Shown here: in pieces, positions 9,487 through 19,354 of the stretch | Layout of the letters: the number at the start of each line of letters is the position of its first letter | Numbering within the stretch: the stretch's first letter is position 1 | Assembly: GCA_964515475.1 (NCBI GenBank) | Contig: CAZEVD010000001.1 | Location: 156,125 to 220,124, forward strand | DNA: 64,000 nucleotides | DNA from: an uncultured Eubacteriales bacterium | Lineage (GTDB): Bacteria; Bacillota; Clostridia; TANB77; UBA1234 | Direction of reading: 5' to 3' | Position numbers and translations under genes: made by a program | The notes under the pieces: model-generated | The model's database searches: none | The model's input: only the letters and a program-made list of their open reading frames with translations | What the model was told of the DNA's origin: nothing

Positions 9487-10737
9487 ATGTCCTTTTCGAA
9501 AAATTACAGAGAACATTCGAAGCGGAGAAAAGAGCGTGAACTTTCTCAAAGCGTCGAACAATATCTGCGTGATTTCGGCAACGAATATTACGAACTTAAG
9601 CTTAAAAAGCAGTACACGAATAGGAATTTCGCTCAAATTTTGATTAATTCCTTGTGGAAACAGGGAATTTCTATTAATGAGGCTGAGGCAAATTCGGTAG
9701 AAAAATCGCTTGCGATTTTAGGCACATATTTTCTTTATACCCACATTGAAGGATTGAAACTTTGTGGCGGGTGTGAGAGTACATTTGATAAAGGTTGTTA
9801 TTGTGTTGAATGTACAAAGTGCAAAAATACAAAAGCGATGGGAGCAAACGGGACAGAACCGGAATTTAGAAAGTATATTACAGCATTGCAAAATGAACTT
9901 ATTGCTGCGCTTTTGATTATTACGGTTGAACATCAAGGAATTTCTTTTTTCAACGTGGTTGAATCGTTAATGGATGCTTATGATATTCCATGGAGTTTCG
10001 ATTCATTTGATGCTGCGCTCAAGGAATACGAATATTCAATTGATGAGCATGTTGAGATGAGAGTTCTTCAAAGAAGCAAAGATGCATATGGATGGATTAG
10101 CGATCTTTTTGCAAACAAATTAGACGTATTGACACAAAATGCAACGGCTAAATCCTTTGAAACCTTAAGTAGTATTAGTGACAGAAACACAGAAGTTGGG
10201 TGCACGTGGGCAGAGTACTTTAAAGAATTTTTTATCGAAAACATTAGATATTTTGATGATGAGTTGCTTTTTGAACTTGTACCTGCCGCTTTCCCAGAGA
10301 TGGAACCGGAAATTTTACAGTTTGCATTGTTTGACGCAATGTGGAAAATCCGTTGGCGTTCTATCAGCAAAATTCTTTCTAAAATGCTTCCATACGGAAA
10401 GTATGAAATCGAGCATAAGGCAAAGTTTGAAGTGGAGCTCTACTATGACAAGATTATAAATATGCTTGTGTGTGAAGATTCTTTAGAAAAAGAACCTGGG
10501 ATAGAGCTTCAAACTGTAGTGGGGTTGCTTATTGATGGTTTCGGTGTTCCGGAAAAAGATGTCAAAGAGCTTGTTGATTATGCGGTTCATTCATATATGT
10601 TGTATGAAAATTCTCAAACAGCGCACGGTGTTATGCATTTGATAAAGCTTTTGTCTTGTAAGGAAGCTTTTGAAATTATTGACAAATTGAATCCGCACAT
10701 CGCGGAATCCTGTAAATCATATTTCGAATTTTTGTAG
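9487..10737 (+). CDS. Hypothetical protein with Cys-cluster (CGGCESTFDKGCYCVECTKCKN); likely real start at 9487 rather than track start 9400
   Basis: RBS aaggagg 8 nt before ATG 9487; GC-elevated relative to flanks; no recognised domain. Confidence 0.5.
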   Translation: MSFSKNYREHSKRRKERELSQSVEQYLRDFGNEYYELKLKKQYTNRNFAQILINSLWKQGISINEAEANSVEKSLAILGTYFLYTHIEGLKLCGGCESTFDKGCYCVECTKCKNTKAMGANGTEPEFRKYITALQNELIAALLIITVEHQGISFFNVVESLMDAYDIPWSFDSFDAALKEYEYSIDEHVEMRVLQRSKDAYGWISDLFANKLDVLTQNATAKSFETLSSISDRNTEVGCTWAEYFKEFFIENIRYFDDELLFELVPAAFPEMEPEILQFALFDAMWKIRWRSISKILSKMLPYGKYEIEHKAKFEVELYYDKIINMLVCEDSLEKEPGIELQTVVGLLIDGFGVPEKDVKELVDYAVHSYMLYENSQTAHGVMHLIKLLSCKEAFEIIDKLNPHIAESCKSYFEFL

Positions 10738-10898
10738 GAAAAACAAAGGTCTAATGACTTGTAGAAATTGGCTGGCTGTAGTGTTTTACGGCTGGCCGAT
10801 TTTCCTTTTTGAAAAAAATAAAAAATAAATCAAAAAAATGTTGACATTTATTTTAGTAAATGTTAGTATAATTCCTGTAACCAAAAAACATGCGTTAT

Positions 10899-10986
10899 GC
10901 GCGAGTGGCGGAACAGGCAGACGCACAGGACTTAAAATCCTGCGCCCGATGAGGGCGTACCGGTTCGATTCCGGTTTCGCGCACCA
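10899..10986 (+). tRNA. tRNA-Leu (anticodon TAA), class II with long variable arm, CCA encoded
   Basis: Cloverleaf read by hand: acceptor GCGCGAG/TTCGCGC, D-arm GGCGGAAC, anticodon loop CTTAAAA, variable arm CGCCCGATGAGGGCG, T-arm ACCGGTTCGATTCCGGT. Confidence 0.8.
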
Positions 10987-11141
10987 TAGGTATCAAGGCT
11001 TTGAAGAATCATTGTCTTGGTACTTTTTTTATACAAAAAATAATGTAAAAGTGTCAACTTTTTCCAATGTGGAAGTATTGACATTAAACTACATTTTAAT
11101 TAATATAAAAGTATAAGATGCTCGTAGGAGGTGTTACGAAA

Positions 11142-11237
11142 ATGAAACAAAGAACAAAAAATATTTTTAGAGTTATATGTATAATATTAGCGTTAATGTT
11201 TATTGTACCATCTGTAATGATGTTATTTTCTTATTAA
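11142..11237 (+). CDS. 31-aa hydrophobic peptide MKQRTKNIFRVICIILALMFIVPSVMMLFSY upstream of cdaA
   Basis: Strong RBS taggaggtg 8 nt upstream; single TM; not in ORF track (<60 aa). Confidence 0.35.
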   Translation: MKQRTKNIFRVICIILALMFIVPSVMMLFSY

Positions 11238-11256
11238 TATATGGATGTGAGTTTAT

Positions 11257-12138
11257 ATGGATTATATCATTGAGTCAGTAAAGCTTTTTTATGAAACACA
11301 TGTAGTAAGTTATTTTAATATGTTAGCAGAATATCCAATAAAAATTTTAGCTCTACTTATAGATATAGTAATTGTGCTATATCTTTTTATGTGGCTTGTT
11401 AAGATGCTAAAAGGTACTAGAGCGATGTCGTTATTAAAAGGTATTGTATTTCTTATGATAGCGACAGCACTTAGTGATTTTCTATCTTTAAATATTTTGC
11501 ATTATATTTTAAGTGCTATTAGTACATATGGTGTGGTAATGGTTATTGTTATTTTTCAACCAGAGCTTAGACGTACTTTAGAGCAAATGGGTAGCACAGA
11601 TATACGAAAATTTTTCGATACAGAAACAACAGATGAAAGCGCGATTGATAAAATTGTTACGGCTGTATATAACATGTCGTCAACTAAAACAGGCGCCTTA
11701 ATTGTTTTTGAAAGAGAAATGAGTTTAGATTCGATTGTTTCAAGTGGAGTTCCTATTGAAGCCAAAATTTCAAAAGAACTTATTGAAAATATCTTCGTTA
11801 AAGATACACCATTGCATGATGGAGCTATGATTATAAAAAATTCGAGAGTTGTTGCTGCTTCTTGTATACTACCAATAACAAATCGTGAAGATTTAGATAG
11901 AGAGTATGGAACAAGACATCGTGCAGCAATAGGACTTTCTGAACAATATGATGCAATAGTAGTTGTTGTGTCAGAAGAAACAGGAAAAGTTTCTTTGGTA
12001 ATAGATGGGAAAATTATTCGTGGATTAAACGAAGAAATTTTGAAAAAAGAATTAAAGAGAAGACTTGAGAGAAAAAGTCAAAAAGCAATAAAAGAAATTT
12101 TAGAAAAACAGAAAAATTTAATATCATCAAAAAAATAA
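11257..12138 (+). CDS. cdaA: Diadenylate cyclase CdaA (c-di-AMP synthase, 3 N-terminal TM + DAC domain)
   Basis: TGALIVFERE, TPLHDGAMII, GTRHRAAIGLSE motifs; collinear with B. subtilis CdaA. Confidence 0.85.
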   Translation: MDYIIESVKLFYETHVVSYFNMLAEYPIKILALLIDIVIVLYLFMWLVKMLKGTRAMSLLKGIVFLMIATALSDFLSLNILHYILSAISTYGVVMVIVIFQPELRRTLEQMGSTDIRKFFDTETTDESAIDKIVTAVYNMSSTKTGALIVFEREMSLDSIVSSGVPIEAKISKELIENIFVKDTPLHDGAMIIKNSRVVAASCILPITNREDLDREYGTRHRAAIGLSEQYDAIVVVVSEETGKVSLVIDGKIIRGLNEEILKKELKRRLERKSQKAIKEILEKQKNLISSKK

Positions 12139-12243
12139 TTATGACCTCCAGCTTAGATGCAAGTTGGAGGTTTTATATTATTGTTTTGTTTTATATACAA
12201 AAGTGATAATATTTATATAAGATTTATTATTTGTGGAGGATAA

Positions 12244-13482
12244 ATGAAACCGAAATTTATAAAATATAAAATAAAAGAAATAAAAAACAGTAATATTAGT
12301 GAATCTGAGAAAAAAGAAGAAATTAGAAAGCTTCTTGAAAAAGAGAAGGATAGAGAATCACAAAACGAAAAGATACAAAATAAAGAATTTTTAATAGAAT
12401 TAGTCTGGATTGCGATTATCTTGATTGTGTTTGCTATAATTGGAGGAACAGGTATTTTAGAAAAAAAGATATGGGCAAATCTGTTTTTTTGTGCACTATT
12501 TATTGTGGTAATAGCTGTTTTTATATACTGGGGATATAAATGTATTAAAGAAATTTATCAAAAAAAACATTGGGCCAATATACTGAAACGAGAAGCTGAG
12601 GAACTTCGAAAAAAATGCGAAGAATTATGTGATATTGCAGAGTGTGACTTAAAGGTAAAACGAAATAAAATTCAAATAAGTTATTTTCTTTTCTTTATTT
12701 CGGCAATAGTACCATGGTTTATATTTCTTTATTATTTGTATGCAAGTGAATCTCCACAGGAATATGTGATGTATATATTTTTAGGTGTGTATTCTATGAT
12801 TTTTGTTTTTTGGACTAATAAGATGGATAAAACAAAAAAAGAATATGTGAGTTTATATAAGCAAAAAGTTATTAGTAAATTTATAAAAGATGTTAATGAT
12901 AGTATGGAATATAGAGAAAAAGGGAAAAGAAAAATAGCTAATGATTATAAATACGTTGGATTTGATATGACTGATAAAAATATATTAAGAATCGACATTG
13001 AGGATTATTGTAGTGAAAATATTAATGAGCACAAAATGGAGATGGCGGATATTGTTGCATATGAATATTTTGATATAGGAAGATATAAACGTGGAGATAC
13101 TTTGTTTAAAGGAAATTTTATGGTTATAACTGCTTCTAAAAAATATGAAAGAGTTGAAGTTAGATTGAATAAATTTAAATTTTTAGACAGCAGGAAAAAA
13201 ATAAATATAGGTGATGAAAAGTTTTGTAAATATTTTAAAGTTTATGCTGAAAGTAATGAAATAGAAGAATGTTTAAGTAGTAGTATGATAGAATTTTTAA
13301 GTGACTTTAGAGAAAAATATGACATTGATTTTGAAATTATATTTGAAGATAAAATATATATAAAATTTTATACGGATGATATATTTGCACCAAAGATTAA
13401 TAGGAAAGCTATGGATCAATATTCGATATATAAATTTTTTGCTTTAACCAAATTTGCAAGAGAAATAGAAAAAATATTGTAG
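12244..13482 (+). CDS. Membrane protein of unknown function, paralog A (K/E-rich N-term, TM helices, conserved C-terminal domain; possibly DUF3137-like)
   Basis: C-terminus DKIYIKFYT..SIYKFFALTKF..EI..IL shared with next gene. Confidence 0.45.
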   Translation: MKPKFIKYKIKEIKNSNISESEKKEEIRKLLEKEKDRESQNEKIQNKEFLIELVWIAIILIVFAIIGGTGILEKKIWANLFFCALFIVVIAVFIYWGYKCIKEIYQKKHWANILKREAEELRKKCEELCDIAECDLKVKRNKIQISYFLFFISAIVPWFIFLYYLYASESPQEYVMYIFLGVYSMIFVFWTNKMDKTKKEYVSLYKQKVISKFIKDVNDSMEYREKGKRKIANDYKYVGFDMTDKNILRIDIEDYCSENINEHKMEMADIVAYEYFDIGRYKRGDTLFKGNFMVITASKKYERVEVRLNKFKFLDSRKKINIGDEKFCKYFKVYAESNEIEECLSSSMIEFLSDFREKYDIDFEIIFEDKIYIKFYTDDIFAPKINRKAMDQYSIYKFFALTKFAREIEKIL

Positions 13483-13539
13483 TTGTAATTATTATGAATA
13501 ATTAGTTGTAATTTTAGAAGAATAGCAAAGGAGATTTGT

Positions 13540-14676
13540 ATGAAAAATTCGAAAAAAGCCTTAATAATACTTGTATTTACTTTATTAGTTATGCTTGAGA
13601 AGATTAGTAGAGATATTCCTATTTTAGATGGGCTTTTAGCAATAGTAGGAATAGTTGTTATTATTGTTTTAATTGTGAAAGGAATAAATAAAATAGAACT
13701 TAAGTTAAAACAAGCTCAAGAACTAAAGAAAGAAAAAATGGGATTACTACATTATGAGAGTGAAGAATTGGTTGATACAATAGATAATTTGTATAAAAAT
13801 AGTAAAAACTTATTAGATAAAGAAAGACGCACATATCTGTATGGAAATATAATCGTACTTCTTATATGTTCAATTGTTGCATACATAGTTACTAAATATT
13901 TTTACGATGAAAAATTGTTTGAAGAAGTTGTGTCGTGGATAATTTTTCTAGTGGTTATGTCTTTTGATTTGTATATACTGATCTTTTTTATTTATAAATT
14001 AAGATATAGATATAAAACAATATTGGGAAACAATTTAATCAATAATTTTTCAAATTATTCTGATTTTGGGTTGAAATATTATATGGACTTATCTATTTTT
14101 GAAAAAGAAACTAATTATAATGGAAATAAGCATAAAGAAATTGTTGATGAATTATTAAATGCTAAAGTTAATCAAGAAGCTATAGATGGATACGAAATAG
14201 AAGATTATATGACAGGGGATTATTGCGATACTTCTGTTCAGATGATGGATTCATATTTTTATAGATTAATAAGTAATGGAAAAACAACTTATAGGCAAAG
14301 TGTATTTTGTGGCAATTTGGTAATTATAGATAAGAATGAAGAGGATAAAAATATAAAAATTATTGATAAAAAAATAAATGATATGGCTATGGAAAATCAA
14401 GATGTTAATTATGATTTTGATACGTATTTTAATTTGATCGAAAACAATATAGAAGATGAAAAATTAATACTTGATTTAAAAAATTTTCTTACAGAGTTTA
14501 GAAAAAAATATAAAATAAAATTTGATATAATTATTAAGAATAAAATTTATATTAAATTTTATACTAAAAATATGTTCGAAGTTAAGTTCTCTAACACTCC
14601 AATTAATGAAGACTCAATCTATCAATTTTATGTTATAACCAAATTTATAGAAGAAATTTTAGAAATATTAAATTAA
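13540..14676 (+). CDS. Membrane protein of unknown function, paralog B of 12244-13482
   Basis: Same architecture; C-terminus NKIYIKFYT..SIYQFYVITKF..EILEIL. Confidence 0.45.
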   Translation: MKNSKKALIILVFTLLVMLEKISRDIPILDGLLAIVGIVVIIVLIVKGINKIELKLKQAQELKKEKMGLLHYESEELVDTIDNLYKNSKNLLDKERRTYLYGNIIVLLICSIVAYIVTKYFYDEKLFEEVVSWIIFLVVMSFDLYILIFFIYKLRYRYKTILGNNLINNFSNYSDFGLKYYMDLSIFEKETNYNGNKHKEIVDELLNAKVNQEAIDGYEIEDYMTGDYCDTSVQMMDSYFYRLISNGKTTYRQSVFCGNLVIIDKNEEDKNIKIIDKKINDMAMENQDVNYDFDTYFNLIENNIEDEKLILDLKNFLTEFRKKYKIKFDIIIKNKIYIKFYTKNMFEVKFSNTPINEDSIYQFYVITKFIEEILEILN

Positions 14677-14845
14677 AAATAATATTAATAAAAAAAACGA
14701 GCACATTTTTGTGAAGTTGTAAACTGAAAGTAGACGCCAAAAGTGTCTGCTCGCTTTTTTATGGTTGTTTTATTAAAAGTTTTACTTTTTAGTTGACTAT
14801 GATATAATTTCGATGTGTAAGTATTAGTCGAAGGGGGAATATTTA

Positions 14846-16690
14846 GTGAAGAAAATTTTTGTAATAATAGCTGTACTAATTGTCTTTGGAACGTGTTTTG
14901 TATGTGGAGCGACATTTAATGATATTGAAGGATTATGGGCTGAAGCTGTTATAAATGAAATGGCACAAAAAGGAATTATTAATGGTTTTGAAGATGGAAC
15001 TTTTAGACCAGAAGAGGATGTGTCAAGAGAACAGTTTGCTAAAATCTTAGTTGAAAGTTTTAATATAGAAGAATTAAATACAAGTGTAACATTTCAGGAC
15101 GTTGAAGAGGATAGATGGTCTAGAGAATATGTTTCGAGAGCAACAAAGTACATGACAGACTATATTTATCCAGGACAATATTGGTTTAGACCAGAAGAGA
15201 GTTGCACAAGAGCAGAAGTTGCGAAAGCTGTTGTTAAAGCTTATGGTTTAGATTATTCCACTCCAGATTATACAGTGTTAAATAAGTTTTCAGATGTTTA
15301 TGAAATTAGAGAAGCTGACAAAAAATATGTAGCGATAGCGATTGAAAACGAACTTATGAGAGGAAAAGGTGAATTCTTTGATCCACAAAGTGGATTAAAG
15401 AGAGCTGAAGTATGTCAACTAATTTTTAATGTATATCAAAAAATTGAAGCGGAAAGTATTTTATATGGAGATGTAAATTCAGACGAGAAAATTAATTCGA
15501 TAGATGTAAACAAGTTAAAAAAATATTTAAATACGCATGAAGAAGAAATTGATTTTCGTGCTGCTGATGTGAACTGTGATGAAGAACTGTCTGAAAATGA
15601 TATTTGGATACTAAAAGCTGTAGTAGATAAATATGATGTAAAATTGCCACATATTTGCTCGGGATACACAGAAACATATACAAGATTAAATGATGAAAAA
15701 CATGAAAAAATAGAACTTTGTAATTGTGGAAGTATAAAAGTTTTATTGAAGACAGAAAAACACAAATTTAAAGAAGATAAATGTGTTTGCGGTGCTTTGG
15801 ACGGAAACGAATACATAATTTTAGAAGAATTTGAATACAGAGTTAGACCTTCATCAAACACATATAAAAAATTTGTGGAAATACAAATAGGAAGTGGTGA
15901 TTTTGTTTCATATCAAGATGATGATATTGTAATAACACCTAAACCAGATGAAATAAACACAGATAAATTTGGAAATTTGTATGCGTATTATGATATAAAT
16001 GAAGTAGAAGAAGATACGATTTTTAAAGTTAGTGTACAAAGAAGAGTTACAAGTGTACCATATGTGGAAAAAATACCTACGGATACAAACACAAACATAT
16101 TAGAAGGTTTTGAAATATATATAGAACCACAAGAAAGAATAGATTCTAATTACGAAGCTATTGTTTTAAAAGCAAAAGAGTTGACAGATGGGTGCGAAAG
16201 TGATTATGAAAAAGCAAAATGTATTTTTGAGTATGTAAATGTAAACTTAGAAAGTGATCTTTCTATAGAATATGCAAATAAAGGCTCTATTGCAGCAATT
16301 GAAAATTTGAGAGGATCTTCAGAAGAATTTTCGACTTTATTTGTAGCGATGTGCAGGGCGGTTGAAATCCCTAGTAGAGCTGTTTCGGGGTATGAGCTTA
16401 GAGATGGTGAGTTAATTAATATCCTTAGATCAGAAATTTATTTAGAAAAATATGGATGGGTTCCGGTTGATTCAAATTGCATATATATGATTGGAAGCGA
16501 AAGAGTTCCGTATTTTGATTCTTTTTGTAAATTGCAAGCAGATTCTTTTATAGTGAAAAATATTTATAATTATGAAAAGGCTTCTAGAACTATGAGAGGG
16601 GTTACAGAAGAAAGCTACACGTTAAAATTAATAAATAAAAGTGAAGTAAAAGGATATGATCTGTTGGAAGTACAAAACAACGTATATTAA
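14846..16690 (+). CDS. Cell-surface protein: signal peptide, SLH domains, dockerin-like repeat, C-terminal transglutaminase-like cysteine protease domain
   Basis: SLH motif (GFEDGTFRPEEDVSREQFAKIL), dockerin-like GDVNSDEKINSIDVNKLKKYL, transglutaminase core FSTLFVAMCRAVEIPSRAVSGYEL. Confidence 0.65.
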   Translation: MKKIFVIIAVLIVFGTCFVCGATFNDIEGLWAEAVINEMAQKGIINGFEDGTFRPEEDVSREQFAKILVESFNIEELNTSVTFQDVEEDRWSREYVSRATKYMTDYIYPGQYWFRPEESCTRAEVAKAVVKAYGLDYSTPDYTVLNKFSDVYEIREADKKYVAIAIENELMRGKGEFFDPQSGLKRAEVCQLIFNVYQKIEAESILYGDVNSDEKINSIDVNKLKKYLNTHEEEIDFRAADVNCDEELSENDIWILKAVVDKYDVKLPHICSGYTETYTRLNDEKHEKIELCNCGSIKVLLKTEKHKFKEDKCVCGALDGNEYIILEEFEYRVRPSSNTYKKFVEIQIGSGDFVSYQDDDIVITPKPDEINTDKFGNLYAYYDINEVEEDTIFKVSVQRRVTSVPYVEKIPTDTNTNILEGFEIYIEPQERIDSNYEAIVLKAKELTDGCESDYEKAKCIFEYVNVNLESDLSIEYANKGSIAAIENLRGSSEEFSTLFVAMCRAVEIPSRAVSGYELRDGELINILRSEIYLEKYGWVPVDSNCIYMIGSERVPYFDSFCKLQADSFIVKNIYNYEKASRTMRGVTEESYTLKLINKSEVKGYDLLEVQNNVY

Positions 16691-16711
16691 ACTTTTATTT
16701 GATATAAAGTA

Positions 16712-16745
16712 AAAAAACGAGCACAAAGATGTGCTCGTTTTTTAT
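16712..16745. terminator. Bidirectional rho-independent terminator (A-run, cgagcacaaagatgtgctcg hairpin, T-run) shared by convergent genes
   Basis: Perfect 8-bp stem flanked by A7 and T7. Confidence 0.75.
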
Positions 16746-16748
16746 GTG

Positions 16749-16871
16749 CTAGTTACATCCACAACCAATTCCTCTATTATCATTTCCACCACAACAGTTA
16801 CAGATAATGAATATTAAAATTATAATCCAAATGAAATCATCGCATCCTCCAAAACAACCTCTGTTTCCCAT
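16749..16871 (-). CDS. 40-aa Cys/Gly-rich membrane peptide MGNRGCFGGCDDFIWIIILIFIICNCCGGNDNRGIGCGCN
   Basis: RBS aaaggaggg 7 nt upstream; paralogous to adjacent 65-aa gene (MGN..C..C..DD, TM, CNCC/GCGC). Confidence 0.45.
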   Translation of the reverse strand: MGNRGCFGGCDDFIWIIILIFIICNCCGGNDNRGIGCGCN

Positions 16872-16902
16872 ACAAATTCCCTCCTTTCAATTAAAACTAA
16901 TT

Positions 16903-17100
16903 TTATGAACAACCGCACCCGTTGTTGCAATTATTTATTCCCATTGTGTTGCAACCACAATCAGAGTTATTATTACAACCACAGTTGCAATTTGAATTAC
17001 AGTTACCGCTTGAACCATTCCAAAACAGTAATAAGAATAAAATCAAAAACCAAAGTATGTCATCGTCATTATTGCAAAAACATCTAAATAAATTTCCCAT
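16903..17100 (-). CDS. 65-aa Cys/Asn-rich membrane peptide (MGNLFRCFCNNDDD-TM-CNSNCNCGCNNNSDCGCN..CNNGCGCS)
   Basis: RBS aaggagg 7 nt upstream; sigK/sigE-like CATAgcTA element ~25 nt upstream of ATG; tandem with 40-aa paralog. Confidence 0.5.
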   Translation of the reverse strand: MGNLFRCFCNNDDDILWFLILFLLLFWNGSSGNCNSNCNCGCNNNSDCGCNTMGINNCNNGCGCS

Positions 17101-17270
17101 GGAAACCTCCTTAAAAGTTTGTTTTTGTAGCTATGTTATATACTATTCAAATTTTAAAAATGTGTTACTGAGTTTTTGATTTTATTAATATTCTGTAATT
17201 TTTACATTGCATTTCGAGGTATATGATATAATGTAGCTATCTAAAAAGTTCGGGGAAGAAAGGTGAAAGC

Positions 17271-18300
17271 ATGAATGAATTTGAAAAAGAAGTTAAAGGC
17301 TTAAAAAAACTTGGAGTATATTTTTTTGTTTCACTTATATGTTATTTAGTTTTTAAAAATATACATGAATATGTTGAATCTTTATTACGTATGGTTGTTT
17401 TGTGTTTGGGATTTTATTTCTTTATATTATTTATTGTAGTAGCAGTGCAATATTTAGGTATGTTGTTTGGAAAAATCCTAGGCTCTTCTAAAAGAAAAAT
17501 GAGTCAATTAGATAAAACTGATTTTAAGTTAGAAAAGGAATATTATCGAGAAATATTAAAAAATAGTTCGCCATTAATAATTGGATATATAGATAATTTT
17601 AAATTAAGTAAAAATAAAATTATAGCCGAGTTATTGTATTTGAAAAGGAAAAATTTAATAATATTTGATGATGATAAAATAATGAAAGCTGAAGATTGTG
17701 AAAATGTTCAATTACTAAAAAGTGAAAAAATGATACTGGATTCTATATATCACAACAAATTTAGAGTATCTGATTACGATACTTTTTTAGAAGAACTAAA
17801 AGAAAATGTTATAAATGAAGCGGAAAATTTATTGCTTGTAAAAGAGAAAAAAGCTAAAAACAAAAGTAAAAAAATTAATATCGACTGGAAAACAATTATT
17901 GATAGATATCTTCGGTTTGATTATATTTGTACCAACTATTTTAGTTTCGTTGATTACGCTGTTATTTCCTTTTATAATCAAATATTTGGAAATGATAGCG
18001 GCAATGTTGATGTTGTCAACTTTGTTTTTGGCTGGAATTTGGGTAATTAAAACTTTAATAAAACGAGGATATGATGCGGGGAAAGGTCGACTATGCAAAC
18101 GAACATCTAAAGGACGTGAATTAAACTTAAAATTAGAGGGATTAAAAGAATATTTGAAAGATTATAGTTTGCTAGATGAAAGAGAAGTGAGAGAAATCGA
18201 ATTGTGGGAAGATTATTTAATATATTCGGTTATGTTTGGACAAAATAAAAATATCGTAGAAGAATTTGATAAATACATGGATATACAAAAGAAAATATAA
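17271..18300 (+). pseudogene. DUF2207-like membrane protein split by frameshift (ORFs 17271-18050 and 17899-18300 overlap in different frames)
   Basis: C-terminal part has DUF2207-like LWEDYLIYSVMFG motif; frame change near 17905-17920. Confidence 0.45.
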
Positions 18301-18440
18301 TTTGAACTGAGAAGAATCTTGAAAATATCAAGATTCTTTTTTATGTTTATCTGTTGTCATGAAAAAGTAATATTACATATTTGTATCTTTATTGAATAAA
18401 ACTTTTTGATTGTGATACTATTTTCTTGTAAACAAATATC

Positions 18441-19235
18441 GTGCTTTTATGCAAATCTTTAAGTAAGGAGATGAGAACAATGACGGGCGGATGTCCAGAA
18501 ACAGCAAAACAGGTAGTAGCATATGCATTAGATGTATTGGATCGGGAAGACAAGTATCTGGGCGTTGTCCTTTGTGAAGGCGTCTGGGGAGGAATCGATG
18601 TAACGTTGTACCAAGAAATTTATCCGCAACTTTTAGTTATTCCTGCGGGTGGTTGCGAACACATTTTGAAGTATATCCCAACAGTTCGAAAACGGTTGTA
18701 TGATTACACCGTGGTAGGCTTGATTGACAGAGATTCTAGACCAAAAAAAGAAATTCGACAATTGGAAAAAGAGGGCATATATTGCACCAAACTTCCATTT
18801 ATCGAAAACATCATTTCATGTCCGGAAGTAATAAGGATTTTAGCTCCTAAACGAGGTTATGATCCTGACGAAGTTCTTGAAAAAATAGAACGAAATCTTT
18901 TGAGCATGTTGTGTAAGAAGCTTAGGAATTCTTTGCCTATAAATATTCCTTTTGCGAACGAAGAAACTGAAACGTTTTCTGTAAAAATCCAAATAGCGAG
19001 TACAACGGGTGAATGCGTTGAAAAGTTTGTGGATAGAGGTAGCGTTTTATATGCTTATCGCGACAAATCTGTTGCGAATGAGACTTCGTTTATGCTTGGG
19101 CTTCATGGGCGCAAAAAGTATTACGAGTTTTTCTGCGACAGCTTAAAGGATCCGGAAATAAGAGATGATTTGCTTAAGTGTGCTAACAAATTTTTGCCAG
19201 AAATTTACCTTAATGAATCAAACGAAACCGAATAA
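18441..19235 (+). CDS. DUF4435 / OLD-family Toprim-like domain protein (RloB-like), without adjacent ATPase partner
   Basis: VVLCEGVWGGIDVTLYQEIY (VEG..D..Y start) and GLIDRDSRP (DxD) motifs; GC-elevated. Confidence 0.45.
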   Translation: MLLCKSLSKEMRTMTGGCPETAKQVVAYALDVLDREDKYLGVVLCEGVWGGIDVTLYQEIYPQLLVIPAGGCEHILKYIPTVRKRLYDYTVVGLIDRDSRPKKEIRQLEKEGIYCTKLPFIENIISCPEVIRILAPKRGYDPDEVLEKIERNLLSMLCKKLRNSLPINIPFANEETETFSVKIQIASTTGECVEKFVDRGSVLYAYRDKSVANETSFMLGLHGRKKYYEFFCDSLKDPEIRDDLLKCANKFLPEIYLNESNETE

Positions 19236-19354
19236 CAAATTTGAAAAACGAAATAAAAAAGAAAAGGCCATATTCTTAAATGAATATGGTTTTTTTCCGT
19301 AAAAAGAAAAAAGCCGCAGCACGCCATGCGTGCCACGGGTAAGATTAGAGTGTG

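Noticed and set aside
10838-11116. Track ORF (92 aa) spanning the tRNA-Leu gene
   Set aside because: Overlaps a well-formed class II tRNA-Leu cloverleaf and its promoter/terminator; has no RBS, so it is spurious.
16905-17179. Plus-strand ORFs opposite the 65-aa Cys-rich gene
   Set aside because: No RBS. The minus-strand reading has a strong RBS, a paralog with the same architecture immediately downstream and shared terminator geometry.
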